NCBI GenBank assembly: GCA_018669475.1
Contig: JABHCC010000189.1
Span: 18,383-82,382 of the forward strand
Source of the DNA: Bacteroidota bacterium
Lineage (GTDB): Bacteria; Bacteroidota; Bacteroidia; Bacteroidales; UBA12481
Length of the DNA stretch: 64,000 nucleotides
Reading direction: 5' to 3'
Positions within the stretch are counted from its first letter, which is position 1. Each line of letters opens with the position of its first letter. The position numbers and the translations under genes are program-made. Positions 50,048 through 59,434 of this stretch are shown here, piece after piece. Under the pieces are notes generated by a model that ran no database searches, was not told where the DNA came from, and worked only from the letters and a program-made list of their open reading frames with translations.

Positions 50048-51311
50048 CGGAGGATCTTCCGTGAGAGATACAAAAGTAAATCCCTGGCCGTCGTGGCCTG
50101 TGTGGGATGAGCATGAAGAAAAAGCCCTCATTGATGTGCTGAATAGTGGGATTTGGTCTTATAACGGACCAAAAGAGCAGGAATTCAATTTAGCCTTTGC
50201 AGAATACATTGGTGCCAAATATGCGATATCCGCTGCCAATGGCACGGTTACTATTCAGCTGGCTTTGGAGGCCCTGGGTATTGGTCTTGGTGATGAAGTG
50301 ATTGTGCCGGGTTTAACATGGCAAGGCACAGCTGCAGCAGCCCTTGATGTAAATGCTATACCTGTTCTGGTTGATGTTTGCGAGGATACCTGGTGCATTG
50401 ATCCTGAGGAGGTTGAAAAGTCTATAACACCCAGAACCAAAGCAATTATTCCAGTTCACTTATATGGAAGCTTTGCCGATATGGATGCAATCATGGATAT
50501 TGCAAAAAGACATAATCTATTTGTGATAGAAGATTGTGCCCATAAAACCGGAGGTGAATGGAGTGGGAGAAAAGCCGGTAGTATAGGAGATATCGGGAGT
50601 TTCAGCTTTCAATTGTCAAAACACCTGACAGCGGGCGAAGGGGGCGCAATGACTACCAATGATCCACTTTTGGCTGAGAAGCTTGATGCTTTGAGAAACT
50701 GCGGCAGAAGACCTGAAACCGAAGAATATTCACAGGAGATTAAAGGAGCTGGATTTTATAGCGACGAAGGAAACTTTATCCAGTCAGGTAATTATCGGAT
50801 AACAGAATTTCAGGCAGCTATCCTGGTTGAAGCTTTAAAAAGATTGCCCGAACAAAACAGTATCAGAGACAAAAATGGATTATATATGAACTCACTCCTT
50901 TTTGACTTACCCGGAGTGAGCCCCATGCGTCGCGATAAAAGAGAAACCAAAGAGGCCTATTTCAATTTTGCTTTCAGATATCATCAGGATGAATTCAATA
51001 GTCTGCCTGTCGATAAATTCAGGAAGGCATTTGAAAGTGAATTGGGAATCGGGGTCGACAGCTCTTATGAACCATTGAACATCTGCTCGCTATACGCACC
51101 TTTAACAAAACCTGCACGATATAAAATCAATGATCCGGAATGGGCTAAAATTGACCCATCGGGATTTAAGTTGCCGGTATGTGAAAGAATTTTTAAAGAG
51201 GAGTCAGTTTGCCTTCCTCACAAAATTCTTCTTGGAAATCAACCGGATATGGACCTGATAGCAAAGGCGATAGAAAAGATTAGAATTAATTCGATGGAAG
51301 TGATTAAATGA
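50028..51311 (+). CDS. DegT/DnrJ/EryC1/StrS PLP sugar aminotransferase (RifK/BtrR-like)
   Basis: WPSWP, NGT, PVHLYG, IEDCAH, SFSFQLSKHLTAGEGG and NYRITEFQAA; overlaps the GH2 stop by 20 bp. Confidence 0.92.
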   Translation: MAQLAINGGSSVRDTKVNPWPSWPVWDEHEEKALIDVLNSGIWSYNGPKEQEFNLAFAEYIGAKYAISAANGTVTIQLALEALGIGLGDEVIVPGLTWQGTAAAALDVNAIPVLVDVCEDTWCIDPEEVEKSITPRTKAIIPVHLYGSFADMDAIMDIAKRHNLFVIEDCAHKTGGEWSGRKAGSIGDIGSFSFQLSKHLTAGEGGAMTTNDPLLAEKLDALRNCGRRPETEEYSQEIKGAGFYSDEGNFIQSGNYRITEFQAAILVEALKRLPEQNSIRDKNGLYMNSLLFDLPGVSPMRRDKRETKEAYFNFAFRYHQDEFNSLPVDKFRKAFESELGIGVDSSYEPLNICSLYAPLTKPARYKINDPEWAKIDPSGFKLPVCERIFKEESVCLPHKILLGNQPDMDLIAKAIEKIRINSMEVIK

Positions 51312-51318
51312 TATTCCA

Positions 51319-52323
51319 ATGAACAGATTTAGAATTGCCATTATCGGTACCGGATATATTGCTCATTATCACGCGCGTGCCCTGCAATTATTGCCTGATG
51401 TGGAGATTGCAATAGTCGTTGACAATCAGCTTGATAAGGCTAATAAATTTGCTGAAATATACAAAACCAAAGAGATCGCAACAGATGCCATGGCGCTTGT
51501 TGACAGACCTGATATCAACGCAGTTCTGATACTCACCCCCAACAAATTCCATGCTCCCTATACAATTGAGTTCTTAAGCCGGGGCAAAGATGTGTTTCTG
51601 GAAAAACCCATGGCAATGAATGCCAGTGAAGGAGATCAAATCATTGAAGTTTCAAATAGGAATGGTCAACTCGTTATGGTGGGCCATATGTGGCGGTTTG
51701 ATGCCGAAGTAGATTACATCAAAAAAGTTGTTGATTCTGGTCGCCTGGGAAAGATCGTCAAGACAAAAGGATATGGAATACATGAAAACTGGGGACCTTC
51801 TGGTTGGTTCACTCAGAAAGAGCTGGCTGGTGGAGGAGCATTAGCCGATATGGGAGTTCATGCCATTGATACTGTAAGATATATTCTTGGTGATCCCAAA
51901 CCACTTTCAGTTTATGCAGCCATTGATACCCAATATGGTAACTATGACGTGGATGATAACGGCATTGTGATAATCTCTTGGGATAATGGTGTCCACTCAA
52001 TTATAGAGAGTGGTTGGTGGCACCCCCATATGGATGGTGTTGAAGCCGCTACCCGACTGTTTGGAACCAAAGGGTATGGCAGTGTATTTCCTACTTGTTA
52101 CAAAGCCGATGAGGGGAAAACTAAGGAGGAGTATAAGCCTCAGGGACCATTAAAATCTGAGCATTGCGATCAAAGTATTTATAATCGCCAGATGGAGTAT
52201 TTTATCGAGTGTATTAGAACACGAAAACAACCTTCCCCCGGACTCAAGGAAGGGCAAACTGTATTAAATATTGTTGATGCTGCCTACCTTTCAGCTAAAA
52301 AGAACGAACTTATAAGATTATAG
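51319..52323 (+). CDS. Gfo/Idh/MocA NAD(P)-dependent oxidoreductase
   Basis: IIGTGYIA, TPNKFH, LEKPMA and GGGALADMGVH. Confidence 0.93.
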   Translation: MNRFRIAIIGTGYIAHYHARALQLLPDVEIAIVVDNQLDKANKFAEIYKTKEIATDAMALVDRPDINAVLILTPNKFHAPYTIEFLSRGKDVFLEKPMAMNASEGDQIIEVSNRNGQLVMVGHMWRFDAEVDYIKKVVDSGRLGKIVKTKGYGIHENWGPSGWFTQKELAGGGALADMGVHAIDTVRYILGDPKPLSVYAAIDTQYGNYDVDDNGIVIISWDNGVHSIIESGWWHPHMDGVEAATRLFGTKGYGSVFPTCYKADEGKTKEEYKPQGPLKSEHCDQSIYNRQMEYFIECIRTRKQPSPGLKEGQTVLNIVDAAYLSAKKNELIRL

Positions 52324-52340
52324 TTATAAAAATACAACTC

Positions 52341-53711
52341 ATGAAAAAAAAGAATCTACAATTACTGTGGTTGATATCGCTTATAATAATTCCTTTCATG
52401 CTGGGTTCCTGCACAAAAAAGCTCGAGGTTACCACGGCAGAAACTGCACTGCAAAGATATTTGGATAATGAAGATGACACATTCTCATTCAAGCTATCCG
52501 GATCTGTCAGTCGTGATGAACTTGTTGTTTATTCCCTGATCTTAACTTCACAGCAGTGGCGCGAACACACCTGGAAACACAGGCTTACGATTCTGGCTCC
52601 AAATGAAAACAATCATGATGGTGCATTATTATTTATTACCGGAGGAAAAAATAAGGATGGTGAACCTGTTAAACGTAGTGGTGATGATGATTTAATTAAG
52701 TCATTATCTTATCTGGCTGTTAAAAACAAAGCAATGATTGCCATCATTTGGCAAACACCAAACCAGCCGCTTTATGATGATTTAACCGAAGATGAATTAA
52801 TCTCTTTTACTCTTCACAATTTTCAGAATGACGGAGATTATTCCTGGCCTTTACTTTTTCCGATGGTTAAAACTGCTGTTCGCTCAATGGATGCCGTACA
52901 ACTATTCTCAGATGAAACCCTAAATCATAAGATCTCCAGTTTTGTTGTTACCGGTGCATCGAAGCGTGGATGGACAACCTGGCTAACTGGTGCACATGAC
53001 AGTCGGGTGGAAGCCATTGCACCTATGGTGATAGATGTCCTCAATATGCCGCTTAGCCTGACTTATCATCTTACTACATGGAATGATTACAGTGTGCAGA
53101 TCCAGGATTATGTAGATCTTGGAATTGCGCAAGAGATTGTTAATGAGGGTGGTAATGAATTAACAACTATGATCGATCCCTATTCGTATCGTGATAAGCT
53201 TACAATGCCTAAGCTTATAATTAATGGAACCAATGATGAATACTGGCCGGTGGATGCAATTAAACATTATTTGGATGATATCCCGGGAGAGAATTACCTT
53301 CACTATGTGCCAAATGCCGGCCATGATCTCGATGGAGGAGAGCAGGCTTTTAAGGCATTAAGTGCTTTTTTTGGAAGAACAATGTCTAAAGAAGCATATC
53401 CAATTTGTGAATGGAATGTTTCTGAGAGTGAGCAAGAGCTTTCTTTAACCGTTATGAAATCTCCTGCAGAATTCCTGGGCGCTTTGATATGGTCAGCTGA
53501 TTCAGAAGACCGTGATTTTCGTGATGAGGTTTGGAGTAGTGAAAATGTAACTATTGTAAGTCAGGATAAGGTTGAAGTTCAGGTAGATTATCCGGAATCA
53601 GGATTTCGTGCATTTTATTTAGATCTTAGATATTCCGACCCAAACGGAGGGGAGTATACAATAAGCACAAGAATGTTTGTTGTAGATGATAATAAATTGC
53701 TTGTAGACTAA
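52341..53711 (+). CDS. PqaA-family (PhoPQ-activated pathogenicity-related) alpha/beta-hydrolase lipoprotein
   Basis: LTSQQW, PNQPL, PMVK, GASKRGWTTW, IDPY, DEYW and VPNAGH; lipobox LGSC. Confidence 0.88.
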   Translation: MKKKNLQLLWLISLIIIPFMLGSCTKKLEVTTAETALQRYLDNEDDTFSFKLSGSVSRDELVVYSLILTSQQWREHTWKHRLTILAPNENNHDGALLFITGGKNKDGEPVKRSGDDDLIKSLSYLAVKNKAMIAIIWQTPNQPLYDDLTEDELISFTLHNFQNDGDYSWPLLFPMVKTAVRSMDAVQLFSDETLNHKISSFVVTGASKRGWTTWLTGAHDSRVEAIAPMVIDVLNMPLSLTYHLTTWNDYSVQIQDYVDLGIAQEIVNEGGNELTTMIDPYSYRDKLTMPKLIINGTNDEYWPVDAIKHYLDDIPGENYLHYVPNAGHDLDGGEQAFKALSAFFGRTMSKEAYPICEWNVSESEQELSLTVMKSPAEFLGALIWSADSEDRDFRDEVWSSENVTIVSQDKVEVQVDYPESGFRAFYLDLRYSDPNGGEYTISTRMFVVDDNKLLVD

Positions 53712-53732
53712 GCCTATTAATAAGCACTAAAA

Positions 53733-54896
53733 ATGGAAAAGCTTAATCTGAAGAAAATATTGCCAGTATTGATGGCCTCTTTGATAATGGGTTTCGCTGA
53801 TATCGTGGGTGTGGCCACAGGGTACATCAAGAATGATTTCGGACTAACTGACGATCTCGCACAGCTAATACCTTTTATGGCTCTTATATGGTTCTTCTTT
53901 CTTGCTGTACCAACCGGAATTTTACAAGATAGATATGGTAAAAAGACCATGTTGAACATAGGCACAGCATTATTAGGATTAGGGATGCTCGTTCCTTTTA
54001 TCCATTATTCATTTGCTGTGATGCTTCCGGCAATGATTCTGATGGGTATTGGAAATACAATCGTTCAGGTATCGGCCAATCCTTTGTTAATGAATGTTGT
54101 ACCAAAAGACAAGTTCTCGAGTTTCATGAGCCTGTCGCAGTTTTTGAAGGCAATAAGTTCACTTTTAGGCCCAATAATTACAACATTCGTTGCGATACAA
54201 TTTGGAAACTGGAAACTAGTGTTTGTTGTTTATGCTGCTACATCTTTGATTGCAGTTACATGGCTGTTCTTTACAAAAATTGATGAGTCAAAGGGTAATG
54301 AAAAACCAGCAACATTTAAATCTTGTTTCTCTTTATTGAAAAATAAGTTTGTAATACTCATGGCCCTGGGGATATTTTTCCTTGTTGGGGCAGATGTTGG
54401 GATGAATACAAATATTGCAAATTATCTTCAATCCACCTTTAGTTTGTCTCTCGAACAAGCCTCACTAGGAATTAGTATTTATTTTGCGGCCTTAATGATT
54501 GGTCGTTTTATGGGAGTCATTATCCTGAACTGGTTACCTGCAAAAAAGTTCCTTGTTGGAACAACTGTCATAGCCCTGATCAGTATGCTGGTCATGATAT
54601 TTGCTCCAAACGTATTGATTGCAAGGATTGCTATTTTTATGGTAGGACTTGGATCTGGTAATCTTTTCCCATTAATTTTTGCTATTACACTCGAAAAAAT
54701 GCCGAAGCGAGCAAATGAGATTTCTGGTCTGATGATTATGGCAATTTCCGGAGGTGCTATCATTCCGCCTATCATGGGTCTTGTTAGCACTAACTTTGGA
54801 ATAACTGCCAGCTTAATGGTTTTAGCTGCTTGTTTATTATATATTCTGGTGGCAAGTCTGTATACACTAAGGAAAAGGGAAGATAATGGACTATAA
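53733..54896 (+). CDS. MFS transporter, FucP/GluP-like sugar permease
   Basis: About 12 TM segments; QVSANP, FPLIF and ISGLMIMAISGGAIIP. Confidence 0.88.
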   Translation: MEKLNLKKILPVLMASLIMGFADIVGVATGYIKNDFGLTDDLAQLIPFMALIWFFFLAVPTGILQDRYGKKTMLNIGTALLGLGMLVPFIHYSFAVMLPAMILMGIGNTIVQVSANPLLMNVVPKDKFSSFMSLSQFLKAISSLLGPIITTFVAIQFGNWKLVFVVYAATSLIAVTWLFFTKIDESKGNEKPATFKSCFSLLKNKFVILMALGIFFLVGADVGMNTNIANYLQSTFSLSLEQASLGISIYFAALMIGRFMGVIILNWLPAKKFLVGTTVIALISMLVMIFAPNVLIARIAIFMVGLGSGNLFPLIFAITLEKMPKRANEISGLMIMAISGGAIIPPIMGLVSTNFGITASLMVLAACLLYILVASLYTLRKREDNGL

Positions 54897-55917
54897 AGGG
54901 ATATACAAAATCTTTGATGCAGAGAAGATTAATACTTATCCAGTATCTGAGCGCACTAATAAATCCAAGCTTAGTGATCTGCTTAGGCTCGAAGATATTG
55001 ATGAAATGTCTTTTGATGTCTCAGAAGAAGCTGAAGTTAATCTTACTCTTCTTGCTCGTGAGATTATTGCTGCCAGAGAGAAGAATAGCCCGGTTATATT
55101 CTTTACAGGAGGCCATCTTGTGAAAAACGGACTAAGTGGGCTACTTGGAGATCTTGTCAAACGTGGTCTTTTCACTATGATCTCTGGAAATGCAGCTACT
55201 TCAATACATGACTTTGAACTGGCGTTAATTGGAGAAACAAGCGAATATGTTCCGCAGGCACTTGAAAAAGGGCAATTTGGGATGGCTTATGAATTCAACT
55301 ACATAAATGCTGCCCTTACTCTGGGCGATAAAAATTGTCTAGGCTACGGTGAAGCAGTTGGAAAAATGATTTGCGACGAGCTCTTCAGAGATGAGGTAGT
55401 TAAAACTCTGAATCCGGAACATGCATCCTTTGAATTCATGCATCCTGAAATTAGCTTACAGGCTATTTGTTATGAAAAAAAAGTTCCAATGACAATTCAT
55501 GTCGGTATTGGTACAGATGTTATTGATCAGCATACATTTTTCGACGGCAGGGCAAAAGGTGGGTGCTCAGGCCGTGACTTCCTGATTTATACTCAGGAGA
55601 TATCTGAACTTACTAAAGGAGGTGTGGTATTAAACGTGGGTAGTGCAGTTACCGGGCCTGAGGTGTTTCTTAAGGCTGCTTCAATGGCCGGAAATATTGG
55701 AAATATTCCGAATGGAATTATTACTGCCAATTTTGATCTAAGATCTTATAATCCTGATGATTTCATTAATGAAAATACTGTAGGCTATTACTATCGCGAC
55801 CAGAAGAGTATTGTAACCCGGGTTCCGCAGGCATATGGAGGACAAGGTTATTACATTGGCGGAAATCAAAAGCAGACTATTCCTCTGTTATATAAGAAAT
55901 TACTACAGCTTCTGTAG
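54886..55917 (+). CDS. Uncharacterised cytoplasmic protein with probable deoxyhypusine-synthase-like fold
   Basis: GGHLVKNG, GNAATSIHDFELA, TSEYV, GQFGMA, TIHVGIGTD, SGRDF and VGSAVTGPEVFLKA. Fold assignment is from recall of this family. Confidence 0.6.
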   Translation: MDYKGIYKIFDAEKINTYPVSERTNKSKLSDLLRLEDIDEMSFDVSEEAEVNLTLLAREIIAAREKNSPVIFFTGGHLVKNGLSGLLGDLVKRGLFTMISGNAATSIHDFELALIGETSEYVPQALEKGQFGMAYEFNYINAALTLGDKNCLGYGEAVGKMICDELFRDEVVKTLNPEHASFEFMHPEISLQAICYEKKVPMTIHVGIGTDVIDQHTFFDGRAKGGCSGRDFLIYTQEISELTKGGVVLNVGSAVTGPEVFLKAASMAGNIGNIPNGIITANFDLRSYNPDDFINENTVGYYYRDQKSIVTRVPQAYGGQGYYIGGNQKQTIPLLYKKLLQLL

Positions 55918-55942
55918 CCGGATTATAATTAATTATTTACCA

Positions 55943-57847
55943 ATGGAAAGAGATCGAATTAATGAAATTCTCACAAAAATCAGCAGTGTAAGAATTGCCG
56001 TGTATGGAGATTTTTGTCTGGATGCCTATTGGCTTATGGATCCTGATGGATCTGAAGTTTCAGTTGAGACCGGTTTGAAGGCAGAAGCTGTAGCAAGCCA
56101 TGTGTACTCTCCGGGAGGAGCTGGCAATATTGTAGCGAACCTGGCTGCGCTAAAACCGGCTGCCATCAAAGTGATTGGTGTTGCAGGCAACGATATTTAT
56201 GGACGTGAACTATCATCACAGCTCCGCGATCTGGGTGCTGACACTGACGCATTAATCATCCAGAATGAAAAATTTGATACCTATACATACACTAAAAAGT
56301 ACTATGGCGACAAGGAAGATCCCCGGATTGATTTCGGATTGAAAAATAATCGCTCTGAGGATACTGATACTGCCATCCTGCTTAATCTGAAAGATGCACT
56401 CGAAAATTATGATGCTCTGATTTTCAATCAACAGGTTACAGGCAGCATTTCTAAGCTGTCGTTCATTGATGAGGCAAACAAACTCTTCGAGCAGTACAGT
56501 GATAAAATCGTTGTCCTTGATTCACGTCATTTCAATGCAAACTTTCGGAATGTATTCCGGAAAACTAATGAGATTGAAATAGCAGTACTAGGTGGAAAAG
56601 ATGTTAATCCCCAGGATTTTGTTTCAATATCAGAGGTGAGACAATATGGGAGTCAGGAATATGAGCAATACAAAAAACCTGTCTTTGTCACATGTGGAGA
56701 TCGGGGTATTATCAGTATTGACTCATCCGGGATCACAGAGACTCCCGGTATACAATTATTAAAAAAGCTTGATACAGTTGGGGCAGGAGATACCACAATC
56801 AGTGCGCTTTCACTCTGTCTGGCGGCACAAGTCAGCCCTGCCGAATCAGCACAATTTGCCAATCTTGCTGCCGGGGTTACGGTACAGAAATTGTTTACCA
56901 CCGGAACAGCTAATGGCGAAGAGATCATGGCACTTAATGATGATGCTGATTACAACCATCGGCCTGAACTTGCCGTGGATATCCGACTGGCAAAATATCT
57001 GCCGGATTCTGAAATTGAATTGTGCAATAGTGATATCGCATCAAAAGCCGGAAGTATAGAACATGCCCTTTTTGACCATGATGGAACAATAAGCACCTTA
57101 AGGCAAGGGTGGGAAGCTATTATGGAGCCCGTTATGATCAAGGCCATATTGGGAGACAAATATGAAACTGCTGACAGCAATCTCTTCCAGAAGGTAATAG
57201 AACAGGTTGTTGAGTTCATCGATATGTCAACAGGAATACAGACCATTCTGCAAATGGAAGGCCTTGTCAAAATGGTCGATGATTTCAATATTGTTCCGAA
57301 AGAGGAAATCCTGGACAAGTTTGCTTATAAAAAGATCTTTAATGATGCCCTGATGGTGGTTGTTTCCGAAAGACTGGAGAAACTTGTAAGCGGACAATTA
57401 AGTATATCCGACTATACTCTCAAAGGTGCGATCAGGTTTCTGGAAGCGCTGAAAGATAGGGAAATAAAGCTCTATCTTGCCAGTGGGACTGATAAGGATG
57501 ATGTTATTAATGAAGCCCGGATGCTTGGATATGCCGATCTCTTTGATGGTGGCATCTATGGTTCTGAAAATGATATTAAAAAGTATTCGAAAAAGATGAT
57601 TATTAACAAGATCATCAATGAAAACAATCTCAAAGGCAATGAGCTTGTCGTTTTTGGTGATGGTCCTGTTGAGATCAAAGAATGTATTAGGGCAAACGGA
57701 ATAGCCATTGGAGTATCCAGCGATGAAGTCACAAGATATGATCTGAACCTTAAAAAACGAACAAGATTGATCAAGGCAGGGGCACAAATCATTATACCCG
57801 ACTTTTCACAATCAAATCAGCTGATTGAACTATTGTTAAACAATTGA
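55943..57847 (+). CDS. Fusion of an HldE/RfaE domain-I-like PfkB kinase and a HAD phosphatase
   Basis: IAVYGDFCLDAY, PGGAGNIVANL, DTVGAGDT and ANLAAGVTVQK; then FDHDGT (DxD), LASGT and FGDGPVE. Start moved to the ATG at 55943. Confidence 0.85.
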   Translation: MERDRINEILTKISSVRIAVYGDFCLDAYWLMDPDGSEVSVETGLKAEAVASHVYSPGGAGNIVANLAALKPAAIKVIGVAGNDIYGRELSSQLRDLGADTDALIIQNEKFDTYTYTKKYYGDKEDPRIDFGLKNNRSEDTDTAILLNLKDALENYDALIFNQQVTGSISKLSFIDEANKLFEQYSDKIVVLDSRHFNANFRNVFRKTNEIEIAVLGGKDVNPQDFVSISEVRQYGSQEYEQYKKPVFVTCGDRGIISIDSSGITETPGIQLLKKLDTVGAGDTTISALSLCLAAQVSPAESAQFANLAAGVTVQKLFTTGTANGEEIMALNDDADYNHRPELAVDIRLAKYLPDSEIELCNSDIASKAGSIEHALFDHDGTISTLRQGWEAIMEPVMIKAILGDKYETADSNLFQKVIEQVVEFIDMSTGIQTILQMEGLVKMVDDFNIVPKEEILDKFAYKKIFNDALMVVVSERLEKLVSGQLSISDYTLKGAIRFLEALKDREIKLYLASGTDKDDVINEARMLGYADLFDGGIYGSENDIKKYSKKMIINKIINENNLKGNELVVFGDGPVEIKECIRANGIAIGVSSDEVTRYDLNLKKRTRLIKAGAQIIIPDFSQSNQLIELLLNN

Positions 57848-57852
57848 GATTC

Positions 57853-58773
57853 ATGAATACAAAGTATCATTCACGAGATTATTATTTAGGACTTGATATT
57901 GGCGGAACAAAGTGCGGCCTTGTATTAGGTGATAAAGATTTTAATCTGCTGGAGAAGATTGTTTTTCCAACAAGGACAGAAAGAGGATACCGCGAGATTA
58001 TTGATGAGTTTATCAGCCGGGCTCACTACTTGCTCGAAAAACACGGTAAAAACCATTTGCTTAAAATAGGCATCAGTTGCGGAGGTCCCCTGGATTCAAA
58101 AAAAGGGATCATATATTCTCCACCCAATTTGCCCGGATGGGATTCTGTACCAATTGTCGATATTTTCAAAAAGGAATTTGATGTTGATGTTGAGGTTCAG
58201 AATGATGCCAATGCCTGCGCATTAGCAGAATGGATGATGGGTGCAGGTGTTGGTACACAAAATATGATTTTTCTGACCTTCGGAACCGGTATGGGTGCAG
58301 GCCTGATACTAAACGGACAACTTTATGCCGGAACAAATGATTTAGCCGGAGAAGTCGGACATATGAGGATGGCTGAAGATGGTCCTGTGGGCTTTGGAAA
58401 GGCAGGCTCTTTTGAAGGTTTCTGTAGCGGAGGCGGAATTGCTCAACTGGCCAAAAGTCGAATGTCTGAAAATATTACAGCCAGGGAGGTATTTGAGGCT
58501 GCAAATTCCGGTGATCCGCTTGCAGAAGAGATCGTACGTATCTCTGCTGAATATCTGGGAAAAGGGCTGGCGGTTTTGATAGATATCCTGAATCCCGAAT
58601 GCATTGTTATCGGAAGTATTTATGCCAGAAATGAGGCTATTTTAAAGCCGTATATTGAAGAAGTTTTGAGTCATGAAGCAATTCCGGCCGCGAATAAGGT
58701 TTGTAAGATACTGCCTGCAGCTTTAGGAGAATCGATAGGTGATTATGCTGCGCTTTGTGTTGCAATGAATTGA
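57853..58773 (+). CDS. ROK-family sugar kinase
   Basis: GLDIGGTK, PPNLPGW, NDANACALAE, GTGMGAG and GEVGH; no N-terminal HTH. Confidence 0.92.
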   Translation: MNTKYHSRDYYLGLDIGGTKCGLVLGDKDFNLLEKIVFPTRTERGYREIIDEFISRAHYLLEKHGKNHLLKIGISCGGPLDSKKGIIYSPPNLPGWDSVPIVDIFKKEFDVDVEVQNDANACALAEWMMGAGVGTQNMIFLTFGTGMGAGLILNGQLYAGTNDLAGEVGHMRMAEDGPVGFGKAGSFEGFCSGGGIAQLAKSRMSENITAREVFEAANSGDPLAEEIVRISAEYLGKGLAVLIDILNPECIVIGSIYARNEAILKPYIEEVLSHEAIPAANKVCKILPAALGESIGDYAALCVAMN

Positions 58774-58795
58774 AATTCAGGGAAAAACAAGAAGA

Positions 58796-59434
58796 ATGAA
58801 AGAAGAAGTTTATATAAATGACTTGGTTAAACGCTATCCCGCACTTGAATCATGTAAAGGGGATATCAATCAGGCTATCCAGGCAATCATCAAATGCTAT
58901 TCAGATAATGGTAAGCTTTTGATTTGTGGTAATGGAGGTAGCTGTGCTGATGCTGATCATATAGTAGGAGAGCTGATGAAGAGTTTTGAAAAGCAGCGAC
59001 CAGTTGATGATGAGCTAAGAAATAGCCTGTTATCTGTTTCTGATGAGAGGGGTAGCAGTATCGCCGGCAGACTGCAAAAGGCCCTTCCTGCAATCTCGCT
59101 AAATGCACATACTGCTCTGTACTCTGCCATTGCGAATGATATAGATGCTGAGATCGTTTTTGCTCAGCAGGTAGCCGGTTATGGAGAAAAGGGTGATGTA
59201 TTGATAGCTATCAGCACATCAGGAAATTCTCAGAATGTCATCGATGCCGCAATTACTGCCAAAGCGCTTGGATTAACAGTTATCGCACTTACCGGACAAA
59301 ATGGAGGGAAAATGAAACAATACAGTGATATCGCCGTTTGTGTTCCAGCTGATAATACTGCAGATGTACAGGAGTTTCATCTTCCGGTTTATCACACAAT
59401 TTGTAAGATGGTAGAAAGTTGGTTCTATGAGTAA
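58796..59434 (+). CDS. gmhA: SIS-domain phosphoheptose isomerase (GmhA family)
   Basis: CGNGGS, DH...GEL, IAND, ISTSGNS, LTG and VQEFH...YH. Confidence 0.8.
   Translation: MKEEVYINDLVKRYPALESCKGDINQAIQAIIKCYSDNGKLLICGNGGSCADADHIVGELMKSFEKQRPVDDELRNSLLSVSDERGSSIAGRLQKALPAISLNAHTALYSAIANDIDAEIVFAQQVAGYGEKGDVLIAISTSGNSQNVIDAAITAKALGLTVIALTGQNGGKMKQYSDIAVCVPADNTADVQEFHLPVYHTICKMVESWFYE

Noticed and set aside
50028..52323. AHBA or aminoglycoside antibiotic biosynthetic cluster
   Set aside because: No PKS, DOI synthase/cyclase, glycosyltransferase or resistance gene is present; the neighbours are importers and hydrolases.
55835..55942. Long 5' extensions in the ORF track (also 5924, 10646, 13074, 24264, 39241, 47106)
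   Set aside because: They overlap upstream genes or precede obvious signal peptides, so downstream ATGs are more plausible starts.
55943..59434. Ordinary ADP-heptose (LPS core) biosynthesis operon
   Set aside because: No adenylyltransferase, HldD or heptosyltransferase is in the window, and an importer plus ROK kinase are present. Not fully excluded without the rest of the genome.
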